DNA of 32,000 nucleotides from contig NZ_WWCK01000006.1 of assembly GCF_009857435.1 (NCBI RefSeq), positions 237,029-269,028 of the forward strand, written 5' to 3'. The notes under the pieces are model-generated. The model was given only the letters and a program-made list of their open reading frames with translations. It did not search any database and was not told the origin of the DNA. This DNA is from Duganella rivi. GTDB taxonomy: Bacteria; Pseudomonadota; Gammaproteobacteria; Burkholderiales; Burkholderiaceae_D. The position numbers and the translations under genes are program-made. This document shows, in pieces, positions 9,423-18,281 of the stretch (positions are counted from its first letter, which is position 1; each line of letters opens with the position of its first letter).

Positions 9423-10586
9423 TTATTTCGCATTGGCCGGCCGCTTGCCGACCGTGATATCCAGCGTGGTTTCGCGGTTTTTCCGCAAGACCGTCATTTT
9501 AGCTTTTCCGCCGGGAGCGAGTTGGGCGATGAGATTGAGCATGCTGGTGGTGTCCTTGACCGGCTTGCCATCGACCGACAGCAAGATGTCACCCGGCTTG
9601 ATGCCGCCCTTGTCGGCCGGGCCGTTGCGCACCACGCCGGCAATGATGGCGCCGCTCTCGCGCGTCAGGTCGAAGCTGGCGGCCAGCTCGGGCGTGATTT
9701 CCTGCGTTTCCACCCCGATCCAGCCGCGCACCACGTGGCCCGACTTGATAATGGCCTCCATCACCGACTTGGCGGTGGTGACCGGGATCGCAAAGCCGAT
9801 CCCGACCGAGCCGCCGGTCTGCGAGTAAATTGCCGAGTTGATGCCCAGCAGGTTGCCGCTGGAATCAACCAGCGCCCCGCCCGAGTTGCCGAAGTTAATC
9901 GCCGCGTCGGTCTGTATGAAGTTCTCGAAATGGTTGATGTGCAGGTTGTTGCGCCCCAGCGCAGAGATGATGCCCATGGTCACGGTCTGGCCGACGCCAA
10001 ACGGGTTGCCGATGGCCAGCACCACGTCGCCCACTTGCGCCTGCTCGGCCTGCCCCAGCACGATCACCGGCAATTTCTCCAGCGCGATCTTGATCACGGC
10101 CAGATCGGTCTCCGGGTCGGTGCCGACCAGCTTGGCGGCAGCTTTGCGGCCGTCGGCCAGCACCACCTCGATTTCATCGGCCGCTTCCACCACGTGGTTG
10201 TTGGTCAGGATGTAGCCCTGCGCCGAGACGATCACGCCCGAGCCGAGGCTGGATTCGTCGTCGCTATCCTCGTCGCGCTCGCCGAAGAATTTTTTAAAGA
10301 AGGGATCGCGCAGCAGCGGATGCTTGCCGCGCTTGGGTTTCTTGCTGGTGATGATGTTGACCACGGCCGGCATGGCGCGCGCCGCCGCCGCCCGGTAAGA
10401 GCCGCCAGCCGACTGCGGCGGCTTGGATGGGCCCGCCTCCAGCATCGCCGCCGGATGCTCGACGCTGCCCATTTGCTGCACGCGCACCGGCGCCGGCTGC
10501 TCGCGCCGGCCCACCGCCGTGTAGACGAAATACAGTGCCAATACGACGGTCACCGTTTGCGCAAACAATAACCAAAGTCGTCGCAT
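9423..10586 (-). CDS. Periplasmic S1C serine endoprotease with one PDZ domain (DegS/AlgW-like)
   Basis: 387 aa with an N-terminal TM anchor. Catalytic triad context is TNNHVV (His), DLAVIKI (Asp) and GNSGGALV (Ser), with a C-terminal PDZ (GAIIAGVVRNGPADKGGIKPGDILLSVDG). Confidence 0.9.
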   Translation of the reverse strand: MRRLWLLFAQTVTVVLALYFVYTAVGRREQPAPVRVQQMGSVEHPAAMLEAGPSKPPQSAGGSYRAAAARAMPAVVNIITSKKPKRGKHPLLRDPFFKKFFGERDEDSDDESSLGSGVIVSAQGYILTNNHVVEAADEIEVVLADGRKAAAKLVGTDPETDLAVIKIALEKLPVIVLGQAEQAQVGDVVLAIGNPFGVGQTVTMGIISALGRNNLHINHFENFIQTDAAINFGNSGGALVDSSGNLLGINSAIYSQTGGSVGIGFAIPVTTAKSVMEAIIKSGHVVRGWIGVETQEITPELAASFDLTRESGAIIAGVVRNGPADKGGIKPGDILLSVDGKPVKDTTSMLNLIAQLAPGGKAKMTVLRKNRETTLDITVGKRPANAK

Positions 10587-10622
10587 CGCAGTCCAGCCTG
10601 CCGCCTTGGCGGCGGCCTTGAA

Positions 10623-11060
10623 TTATTTTTTGAGAGAGTCGCGGATTTCGCGCAGCAGCACAATATCTTCCGGGGTCGGTGGCGGCGGTTCTGCCGCAGC
10701 GGCGGCCGCTTCCTGCTTTTGGCCCAGGTTGCGCGCCTTGTTCATCAGGCGCACCATCTGGAAGATCACAAACGCCAGAATGATAAAGTTCAGCAAGATG
10801 GTAGCAAAATTCCCGTAAGCGAACACGGCGCCCAGTTTCTTCGCTTCCGCCAGGCTCAGATTCGCGGCTTGGCCGTTCAGCGGAATGTAGTAGTTGGCAA
10901 AGTCCAGGCCGCCAAACAGCTTGCCGATCGGCGGCATGATGATGTCGGCCACCAGCGAATCGACGATCTTGCCGAAGGCGCCGCCGATGATCACACCGAC
11001 CGCCAAATCGACCACATTGCCCTTCATCGCGAACTCTTTAAATTCCTGCATCATTGCCAT
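10623..11060 (-). CDS. mscL: Large-conductance mechanosensitive channel
   Basis: 145 aa. [33 protein letters not shown] is near-identical in pattern to the E. coli MscL N-terminus. Confidence 0.95.
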   Translation of the reverse strand: MAMMQEFKEFAMKGNVVDLAVGVIIGGAFGKIVDSLVADIIMPPIGKLFGGLDFANYYIPLNGQAANLSLAEAKKLGAVFAYGNFATILLNFIILAFVIFQMVRLMNKARNLGQKQEAAAAAAEPPPPTPEDIVLLREIRDSLKK

Positions 11061-11402
11061 ATTTTTATCCTCGCTGTGTGGTCAATTGTGAACAAAACTG
11101 CGCTTGGATCATACTATTTTTTCAATTGGATTCCAAACACGCTTGCTGTTTACGCATTTACAAGCCGAATTACGCTATAAATTGACCTACATCAATTTCT
11201 GCTCATGGCCCAAGCTCCTATCATCGCTGCGGGAGCCGTGTACGGCTGACTAAAATCTTGGGGAACGAGCAACGTTGGTGCTAGAGTTGCATCATGCATA
11301 CTTTATAATGTAGTGTTGCTGGATTTCGTACCTTGGTTTCAGTTTTTCAGTTTGTACACAGTTCTCAAGATTTTGTTCGCACTTTGACTGATTGGGGTTT
11401 GT

Positions 11403-12011
11403 ATGAGTAACGAAAAGCAGGTCGATTCAGGCCGTCGCGGATTGCTGGTCGCGACTGGCGCTGCCGGCGGGGTCGTAGGTCTGTCCACCGCGGGCGCATT
11501 AGTAAGCACCTTCCAGCCGTCCGAGCGCGCGAAAGCGGCCGGTGCGCCGGTCGAAGTAGATATCTCCACGCTCAACCCCGGCGAGATGAAGACCGTGGAA
11601 TGGCGCGGCAAGCCCGTCTGGATCATCAAGCGCACCCCGGAAATGGTGGCGTCGCTGAAAAAAACCGACGGCAAAGTGGCGGACGCCGAGTCCAAGCGCA
11701 ATCCCGAAGAATTCACCCCTGAATACGCCCGCAACGAGTGGCGCTCGCGCAAACCGGAATTACTGGTCGCGGTCGGCATCTGTACTCACCTGGGCTGCTC
11801 ACCTTCCTCCAAATTTACCCCCGGCCCGCAGCCTTCGCTGCCGGATGACTGGGAGGGCGGCTTCCTCTGCCCTTGCCACGGCTCGACCTTTGACATGGCC
11901 GGCCGCGTGTTCAAGAACAAGCCGGCGCCGGACAACCTGCAAGTCCCGCGCCATATGTATCTGAGCGACACCAAGCTGGTTATCGGTAAAGACGAGAAAG
12001 GCGAGGCATAA
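11403..12011 (+). CDS. petA: Ubiquinol-cytochrome c reductase Rieske iron-sulfur subunit
   Basis: Tat-like SGRRGLLVATGAAG signal and Rieske boxes CTHLGC and CPCHGS. Confidence 0.95.
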   Translation: MSNEKQVDSGRRGLLVATGAAGGVVGLSTAGALVSTFQPSERAKAAGAPVEVDISTLNPGEMKTVEWRGKPVWIIKRTPEMVASLKKTDGKVADAESKRNPEEFTPEYARNEWRSRKPELLVAVGICTHLGCSPSSKFTPGPQPSLPDDWEGGFLCPCHGSTFDMAGRVFKNKPAPDNLQVPRHMYLSDTKLVIGKDEKGEA

Positions 12012-12012
12012 G

Positions 12013-13425
12013 ATGGGTGCATTCAAGGAGACAAAATTCCCGGCCGATGCACCGGCCGCACAAAAAGCCTTGGGCTGGGTGGATGACCGCTTCCCACTCA
12101 CCAAGCTGTGGAATGATCAATGGGGCAAATACTACGCCCCGAAAAACTTCAATTTCTGGTACATCTTCGGTTCGCTCGCCATGCTGGTGCTGGTGCTGCA
12201 AATCGTTACCGGCATCTTCCTGACCATGCACTACAAGCCGGACGCCAACCTGGCCTTCGGTTCGGTCGAATACATTATGCGCGAAGTACCGTGGGGCTGG
12301 CTGGTGCGCTATATGCACTCGACCGGCGCCTCGGCCTTCTTCATCATCGTCTACCTGCACATGACGCGCGGCCTGCTGTACGGCTCGTATCGCAAACCAC
12401 GCGAACTGATCTGGCTGTTCGGCTTTGCCATCTTCCTGTGCCTGATGGCCGAAGCGTTCTTCGGCTACCTGCTGCCTTGGGGCCAGATGTCGTACTGGGG
12501 CGCGCAGGTGATCGTCAACCTGTTTGGCGCGATTCCGCTGATCGGCCCTGACCTGTCGCTGTGGATCCGCGGCGACTACGTGGTGTCGGACGCCACCCTG
12601 AACCGCTTCTTCGCCTTCCACGTGATCGCGATTCCGCTGGTGCTGCTGGGCCTGGTGGCTGCGCACCTGATCGCGCTGCACGAAGTTGGTTCGAGCAACC
12701 CGGACGGCATCGAAGTCAAGGAAAACCTGGGCCCGGACGGCCACCCGGTCGACTCCATCCCATCGCATCCGTACTACACGGTGCACGACCTGTTTGGCGT
12801 GTCGGTATTCCTGACCATCTTCAGCGCGGTGGTGTTCTTCGCGCCGGAAATGGGCGGCTACTTCCTCGAGTACAACAACTTCCTGCCGGGCGACTCGCTG
12901 AAGACCCCGCTGCACATTGCGCCGACCTGGTACTTCACCGCGTTCTACTCGGTGCTGCGCGCCACCACCGCCGACTTCATGTGGGTGCTGATGTTCTTCG
13001 TGGCCGCCTACGTGGTGTTCATCTGGCTGAAATCGCGCCTGGCGACCGGCGTCAAGACCGTGATTGCCGTGATTGCGCTGGTGGCCATCGTCGGCATGCT
13101 GCCGCAGGTGCTGGATGCGAAATTCTGGGGCGTGGTGTTCTTCGGCTCCTCGGTGGTGATCCTGGCCTTCCTGCCTTGGCTCGATAAATCGCCGGTGAAA
13201 TCGATCCGCTACCGCCCGGACTGGCACAAATACGTGTACGCCGTGTTCTTCATCTCGTTCCTGACCCTTGGTTACCTCGGCACCTTGCCGCCGACCGAAG
13301 GCCGCACCATCGTGTCGCAAGTGTGCACCCTGCTGTACTTTAGCTTCTTCCTGTTCATGCCATGGTGGAGCGCCATGGGCACGTTCAAGAAGGTTCCAGA
13401 CCGCGTGGTCTACCACGGCCACTGA
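12013..13425 (+). CDS. petB: Cytochrome b (bc1 complex)
   Basis: 470 aa multi-TM protein starting 2 nt after petA. Conserved WNFGS-like FNFWYIFGS, the PWGQMSYWGA motif and haem-ligand His contexts are present. The 533-aa minus-strand ORF 11980-13581 is its shadow. Confidence 0.95.
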   Translation: MGAFKETKFPADAPAAQKALGWVDDRFPLTKLWNDQWGKYYAPKNFNFWYIFGSLAMLVLVLQIVTGIFLTMHYKPDANLAFGSVEYIMREVPWGWLVRYMHSTGASAFFIIVYLHMTRGLLYGSYRKPRELIWLFGFAIFLCLMAEAFFGYLLPWGQMSYWGAQVIVNLFGAIPLIGPDLSLWIRGDYVVSDATLNRFFAFHVIAIPLVLLGLVAAHLIALHEVGSSNPDGIEVKENLGPDGHPVDSIPSHPYYTVHDLFGVSVFLTIFSAVVFFAPEMGGYFLEYNNFLPGDSLKTPLHIAPTWYFTAFYSVLRATTADFMWVLMFFVAAYVVFIWLKSRLATGVKTVIAVIALVAIVGMLPQVLDAKFWGVVFFGSSVVILAFLPWLDKSPVKSIRYRPDWHKYVYAVFFISFLTLGYLGTLPPTEGRTIVSQVCTLLYFSFFLFMPWWSAMGTFKKVPDRVVYHGH

Positions 13426-13447
13426 TAAAGTACACAAAGGACAACAC

Positions 13448-14212
13448 ATGAACTTCCCGAAACGATTGCTTGCTATTTTGGCATTGTTACCCGGCCTGGC
13501 CTTGGCCAACGAGGGCGGAATCACCCTCGACAAGGCGCCGGATCGCTCAAATAACCTCGCAGCATTGCAGCATGGCGCCAAACTGTTCGTAAATTACTGC
13601 CTGAACTGTCATAATGCGTCCTCCATGCGCTACAACCGCCTGAAAGACCTGGGCTTGAGCGAGGAGCAGATCAAGGCCAACTTGCTGTTTACCGGTGATA
13701 AGGTCGGTGAAATGATGACCACCACCATGAATCCGAAAGATGCGAAAGCATGGTTCGGCGTGGTGCCGCCGGACTTGTCGGTGATCCAGCGCGCGAAAGC
13801 GTCTGGCGCCGGCAGCGGCAGTGATTACCTGTACACCTACCTGCGCAGCTTCTACAAGGACGACACCCGCCCAACCGGCTGGAATAATCGCCTGGTAGAA
13901 AACGTGGCCATGCCGCACGTGCTGTGGGAATTGCAAGGTGTACAACAAATCACCACCGAGGAAGTCGCCGATCCGCACGAGCACGGCAAAATGACGCATC
14001 AATTTGCTGGCTATAAGCAAGTGTCGGCAGGTAAACTAGACAAATTGGAATATGACACTGCCGTGGCCGACCTGGTCGGCTACATGGAGTGGATGGCGGA
14101 GCCTGCAGCGCAGACCCGCAAAAAACTGGGTGTCGCGGTGGTGCTGTTTATGACGCTGTTTGCCCTGCTGGCATGGCGCTTGAATGCGTCGTTCTGGAAA
14201 GAAGTGAAATAG
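13448..14212 (+). CDS. petC: Cytochrome c1
   Basis: Start set at ATG 13448 (AAGGA upstream), because the track start at 13268 overlaps petB. Has signal peptide MNFPKRLLAILALLPGLALA, haem motif CLNCH and a C-terminal TM anchor. Confidence 0.9.
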   Translation: MNFPKRLLAILALLPGLALANEGGITLDKAPDRSNNLAALQHGAKLFVNYCLNCHNASSMRYNRLKDLGLSEEQIKANLLFTGDKVGEMMTTTMNPKDAKAWFGVVPPDLSVIQRAKASGAGSGSDYLYTYLRSFYKDDTRPTGWNNRLVENVAMPHVLWELQGVQQITTEEVADPHEHGKMTHQFAGYKQVSAGKLDKLEYDTAVADLVGYMEWMAEPAAQTRKKLGVAVVLFMTLFALLAWRLNASFWKEVK

Positions 14213-14217
14213 TCGAG

Positions 14218-14245
14218 AGCGCCGGTTTGGCCGGCGCTTGTTTTG
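14218..14245 (+). terminator. Rho-independent terminator after petC
   Basis: AGCGCCGG-tttgg-CCGGCGCT followed by TGTTTT, starting 6 nt after the petC stop. Confidence 0.7.
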
Positions 14246-14327
14246 CGATGCCCGCGTTTGGCGGGCGATCGATCCGGGTGAGCCGTTCGCGGTCTCGCCC
14301 TGTTTGTTCTTCTAAGGAACTAGAAAA

Positions 14328-14939
14328 ATGATGGTTCTCTACTCGGGTACGACCTGCCCATTCTCGCAACGCTGCCGTCTGGTCCTGTTTGAAAAAGGCA
14401 TGGACTTTGAAGTGCGCGATGTCGACTTGTTCAACAAGCCGGAAGATATCTCGACCATGAATCCGTATGGTCAGGTGCCGATCCTGGTGGAACGCGAATT
14501 GATCTTGTACGAATCGAACATCATCAATGAATACATCGACGAACGTTTCCCGCATCCGCAACTGATGCCGGCCGACCCGCTGATGCGCGCCCGCGCGCGC
14601 CTGATGCTGTTCAACTTTGAAAAAGAGCTGTTCGTCCACGTGCACACGCTGGAAAGCGAACGCGCCAAGGGCAACGACAAGAGCCACGACAAGGCCCGCG
14701 CAGAAATCCGCGACCGCCTGACCACGCTGGCGCCGCTGTTCCTGAAAAACAAATACATGCTGGGCGACGAGTTCTCGATGCTGGACGTGGCGGTAGCGCC
14801 GCTGCTGTGGCGTCTGGATCACTACGGCATCGAACTGTCGAAGACCGCCGCGCCGCTGATGAAGTACGCCGAGCGTATCTTCTCGCGTCCTGCGTACATC
14901 GAAGCGCTGACGCCGTCGGAAAAGGTGATGCGCCGTTAA
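14328..14939 (+). CDS. sspA: Stringent starvation protein A (GST-like)
   Basis: 203 aa. LYSGTTCPFSQRCRLVLFEKGMDFE..., VPILVERELILYESNIINEYIDERFPHPQLMP. Confidence 0.93.
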   Translation: MMVLYSGTTCPFSQRCRLVLFEKGMDFEVRDVDLFNKPEDISTMNPYGQVPILVERELILYESNIINEYIDERFPHPQLMPADPLMRARARLMLFNFEKELFVHVHTLESERAKGNDKSHDKARAEIRDRLTTLAPLFLKNKYMLGDEFSMLDVAVAPLLWRLDHYGIELSKTAAPLMKYAERIFSRPAYIEALTPSEKVMRR

Positions 14940-15017
14940 TGGTTCATTGAAGCACTACGGCGCGCTGGCTGGCACTTGCTGGCGGCGCGCCGTGTTTTAC
15001 CGCAGTCTGGAAGACCC

Positions 15018-15503
15018 ATGTCTGAAATCTCAACCAAGCCCTACCTGCTGCGCGCCATCTACGAGTGGTGCACGGACAGCGGCTACACTCCCTACCTCGC
15101 GGTCAAAGTCGACGCCAGCACCACGGTGCCGATGGAATACGTGAAAAAGGGCGAAATCGTGCTCAACATCAGCTTCGGCGCCACCTCGGGCCTGAAGATG
15201 GACAACGACAGCATCCGCTTCCACGCCCGCTTCGGCGGCGTTTCGCGCGAAATCTACATCCCGGTCAACAACGTGATGGCGATTTACGCCAATGAAAACG
15301 GCCAAGGCATGGCGTTTGAACCGCAGCTGGGCCAGCAGTCGGCGCCAGCGGAAGACGTGGTGGAAGACGCGCCAGCAGCACCGGTGTTGTCGGCCGTGCC
15401 GCCAGCGGTGAGCGAAGCCAAAACCGAAGCGCCGATTGTGCCGGGTGACGACACCGATCCCCCGAAAAAGGGCGGCCGCCCTACGCTGACCCGTATCAAA
15501 TAG
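15018..15503 (+). CDS. sspB: ClpXP specificity-enhancing factor SspB
   Basis: ATG at 15018 gives MSEISTKPYLLRAIYEWCTDSGYTPYLAV, a disordered Pro/Ala linker and a C-terminal GGRPTLTRIK ClpX-binding-type tail. Confidence 0.9.
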   Translation: MSEISTKPYLLRAIYEWCTDSGYTPYLAVKVDASTTVPMEYVKKGEIVLNISFGATSGLKMDNDSIRFHARFGGVSREIYIPVNNVMAIYANENGQGMAFEPQLGQQSAPAEDVVEDAPAAPVLSAVPPAVSEAKTEAPIVPGDDTDPPKKGGRPTLTRIK

Positions 15504-15529
15504 CGTATAATTCGCCCCGTACAAGTTAC

Positions 15530-15605
<76 letters not shown>

Positions 15606-15621
15606 GTAAAATCAAGCACTT

Positions 15622-15650
15622 AGCCCAGCCCTCACCGGCTGGGCTTTTTG
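15622..15650 (+). terminator. Rho-independent terminator after tRNA-Thr (element-borne copy)
   Basis: AGCCCAGCC-ctcacc-GGCTGGGCT followed by TTTTT. A near-identical hairpin is repeated at 27721-27750. Confidence 0.75.
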
Positions 15651-15660
15651 TTATCTAACG

Positions 15661-15682
15661 CCATGTAGGCACTGTGTAGGCA
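15661..15682 (+). repeat. Two tandem 11-bp units CCATGTAGGCA/CTGTGTAGGCA (candidate integrase arm-type sites, P' side)
   Basis: The 23-bp string GCCATGTAGGCACTGTGTAGGCA (15660-15682) recurs exactly at 27513-27535. Confidence 0.55.
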
Positions 15683-15763
15683 TTTTGCTTCGCTATAGGT
15701 GTCGCGTTCCGTACACTTGATTAAACTTGATTTGACAATCGAATTAGCGTACCCTAACACGCT

Positions 15764-16885
15764 ATGCAAAAGACCTTACACAGCTCCACTATTAAAACTG
15801 CCCTTGCTGAGCTCGGATGGTCACAAAAAGAGCTGGCGGAACAGGTAGGGGTCACGGCTCAAGCAGTGACCAACTGGCTGAAGGGCAGTGACTTCCCTCG
15901 TCCGGACAAACTACTCAAGTTGGCAATGTTGCTCAAGCTTAGCTTCGCCGAGCTGGTTGCCCCGGAGGCAAACGCGCCTGTTGTGGCCTTTCGAAAAAAA
16001 GCCGGGGCCAAAACGACAGATGCACATCGCCTAAAAGCTATGGCAATGGGCACAATGCTGAAGCCGCTTGTTGAGTATCTGCCAAAGCTAAGAGCTCTGC
16101 GCACAAAGATTAATAATCCTTCCTTAGAGTACCGTTCGCTGCAGAATGCCGTTAAAGCGGTCAGAGAAAAGCTTGGTATTGGAATGCAGGCGCCATTGCG
16201 CTATCAACACATAATCGGCGAATTTGCAGCAAACGATGCGATTCTTGTGCCTGTACTTTGGGGCCAAAAATTGCGGCATGAAAATGCTTTGCACATCCTC
16301 CTGCCTGAAGAGCAGGTGACATTTATATTTTTGAATCTCGATACGCATATTGAGGATTTCAAATTCTGGATGTCTCATGAATTGGCTCACGTCTACACTC
16401 CGGAACTTGCTGGCACGGATGCGGGAGAGGATTTTGCCGATGCTTTCTCCGCAGCGTTTCTCTTCCCGGAAGACGTCGCAAGTATTGCGTACAGCGACGC
16501 TATAAAAAAGCAGACTCAACACAGCGAACTTGGTGTGCTGCAGCGATATGCAGCAGAGCATTCAATCTCAATATTTACTGTTTATTGTGAGATTGAAAAA
16601 TACGCTGTAGCAAAAGGTCTACCAAAGTTAAGGACTCAAGAGCAGCAATTACACGCTGTACGGACAGTAACGCGGGGCGAGCTCGTTAGTGAAATCTTAT
16701 TTAAACCACTCCCTCCTGAGCCAAGCGCATTAATTGCTTCCGCGCATTCTGTTTTCCAATCGCAATTCTTTGACGCGATGCGTCGTATGTTGCGGGAAAA
16801 AGGAACCGGTCCCGGCTATCTCCAGCAAGTCCTAGATGTAAGTATTCATGATGGGGCGGCACTTCATTCAGAGTTGCTCCATTGA
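15764..16885 (+). CDS. Fusion protein: XRE-family HTH + ImmA/IrrE (COG2856, M78-type) zinc metallopeptidase + uncharacterised C-terminal domain
   Basis: 373 aa with HTH LGWSQKELAEQVGVTAQAVTNWLKG, HExxH as WMSHELAHVY, and the downstream family signature EDFADAFSAAFLFPED. AT-richer than flanking DNA. Confidence 0.85.
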   Translation: MQKTLHSSTIKTALAELGWSQKELAEQVGVTAQAVTNWLKGSDFPRPDKLLKLAMLLKLSFAELVAPEANAPVVAFRKKAGAKTTDAHRLKAMAMGTMLKPLVEYLPKLRALRTKINNPSLEYRSLQNAVKAVREKLGIGMQAPLRYQHIIGEFAANDAILVPVLWGQKLRHENALHILLPEEQVTFIFLNLDTHIEDFKFWMSHELAHVYTPELAGTDAGEDFADAFSAAFLFPEDVASIAYSDAIKKQTQHSELGVLQRYAAEHSISIFTVYCEIEKYAVAKGLPKLRTQEQQLHAVRTVTRGELVSEILFKPLPPEPSALIASAHSVFQSQFFDAMRRMLREKGTGPGYLQQVLDVSIHDGAALHSELLH

Positions 16886-17472
16886 CACTTGTTCTGTTAG
16901 ATACGAACGCTTATCTCCGCCTAGCCAAACGAGTGGTTCCGATGCTGGGAGTGCCGTTTGGTCAGAAAAAATATGTCCTTACGATTCTGAAGGACGTGGA
17001 AGACGAAGTGCACCGCAGCGCCACCTTACGGGCCAAATTCCCTTGGTTTGATGGGGATAATTTCTCAGCCGAGCGTTTGGCCAAGCAGGTGCGTCTTAAG
17101 CCGGAAGAACGTGCTCAACTTAATTCGGCTTCCAGTGTCTTACACGGGTGGGTTTTAAGAGATATCCAGAGCTACATGACCAATGGGCGCTCCCCACCGT
17201 CTGAAACGGATTGCTTTATATTGGCTTTCGGGCAAGTACGAGCTGCAATAGTCGTCACAGATGACTTAGGGATGCATAAGCTTGCAAGCGATTTCGGAAT
17301 CGATGTGTGGCATGGTTATGAACTTGTTTCCAAAATGTTAAGCGCAAAAATGCTGACGAAGGAACAGGTTCGTGAAATAGTCGAGGCGATTGAGCGAAAT
17401 GGCGATGCAACTGCAACGTGGATTGCGTCCAAACATACGACTTTCGTCAAGATTTTCGGTGTAAAAGAATAA
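16882..17472 (+). CDS. PIN-domain nuclease-like protein (DUF4411-like as I recall)
   Basis: 196 aa. The TTG start overlaps the upstream TGA (ATTGA). Acidic PIN positions appear in canonical order: LLDTNAYL, DVEDEV, SETDCFILA, VVTDDLG. The next in-frame Met would delete the first motif, which supports the TTG start. Confidence 0.75.
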   Translation: MTLVLLDTNAYLRLAKRVVPMLGVPFGQKKYVLTILKDVEDEVHRSATLRAKFPWFDGDNFSAERLAKQVRLKPEERAQLNSASSVLHGWVLRDIQSYMTNGRSPPSETDCFILAFGQVRAAIVVTDDLGMHKLASDFGIDVWHGYELVSKMLSAKMLTKEQVREIVEAIERNGDATATWIASKHTTFVKIFGVKE

Positions 17473-17495
17473 CAGGCCGGAAATGGCATCACTGG

Positions 17496-18062
17496 CTAGG
17501 CGCTTTGCAAAACACTCAATACGCTTGCGCGCGATATTCCAAACTGACGCCCCAAAGCGCTGACACTTTCGCCAGTCGCGTACTTTGCTACAATTTCCAC
17601 GCGCTGCTCGGCCGTCGTCTTAGCCGGGCGGCCCAGCGTTTTGCCTTCGCTCTTAGCGCGAGCGAGACCAGCTTGCGTCCGTTCCACCAACAAATCACGC
17701 TCCATCTCTGCCACAGCAGCCAGCATGGTCAGCATCATCTTGCCGGCCGGCGAGGTCAGGTCTAGTTTGCCCAGCTGGAGCACGATGACGGCAATCTTGC
17801 GGCTCGCCAGCAGCTTCACCGTGGCGCCGACGTCCTGCGCATCGCGACCCAGACGATCCAGCTTCGCCACCACCAGCGTTTCCCCATTCCGAATCTGACC
17901 GAGCAGCGCGGCGAACTGCGGGCGCTGCGTCGCACTGGTCTTGCCGCTGATGGTGTCGGAAAACCAGAAGTCCACCTGATGGCCGGCCGCTTGAATCTCA
18001 ATGCGCTGATTGTCAGCGCTCTGTTCGGTAGTGCTGACGCGGCCGTATGCAAAGGTTGCCAT
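17496..18062 (-). CDS. Small serine recombinase (resolvase/invertase family)
   Basis: Start set at ATG 18062 (GGAGAG upstream). MATFAYGRVSTTEQSADNQ carries the catalytic Ser motif, followed by LVVAKLDRLGRD and a C-terminal HTH (GESVSALGRQFGISRASV). 188 aa. Confidence 0.9.
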   Translation of the reverse strand: MATFAYGRVSTTEQSADNQRIEIQAAGHQVDFWFSDTISGKTSATQRPQFAALLGQIRNGETLVVAKLDRLGRDAQDVGATVKLLASRKIAVIVLQLGKLDLTSPAGKMMLTMLAAVAEMERDLLVERTQAGLARAKSEGKTLGRPAKTTAEQRVEIVAKYATGESVSALGRQFGISRASVLSVLQSA

Positions 18063-18082
18063 GGTGTCTCTCCGGTTAAGAC

Positions 18083-18195
18083 TGTTAGAAAACACTGTTA
18101 GAATATATTCACCTGTTAGGAATTGCAAGGGATATATTTCCAACATGGCGAATGCTTCCCTTTCATGGATGTTAGAAATCGTTCGTTTTCTAACA
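18083..18195. promoter_or_regulatory. res-like recombinase binding region: 26-bp dyad plus three direct half-sites
   Basis: Dyad TGTTAGAAATCG-TT-CGTTTTCTAACA at 18170-18195 has 12+2+12 geometry with one mismatch. Direct TGTTAGRA half-sites start at 18083, 18096 and 18114. All lie in the divergent intergenic region immediately upstream of the recombinase gene. Confidence 0.6.
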
Positions 18196-18281
18196 CCGGT
18201 GATATTGCAGAAAAAATCATGTATGCTGGAAACACCAAACGCATTGAAACTTCGACGTTATAACCAGCACAGGAGGCAACT

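Noticed and set aside
9339-10571. 410-aa + strand ORF
   Set aside because: Antisense shadow of the DegS/AlgW-like protease gene.
11980-13581. 533-aa - strand ORF, the longest in that region
   Set aside because: Antisense shadow of cytochrome b. The translation is His/Arg/Gln-rich nonsense, while petB on the + strand is unambiguous.
15732-15760. Consensus -35 TTGACA with TAACAC 17 bp downstream, as promoter of the XRE-ImmA gene
   Set aside because: The predicted transcription start would fall at or beyond the only available start codon (15764), so the pairing is inconsistent unless the mRNA is leaderless. Not reported as a feature.
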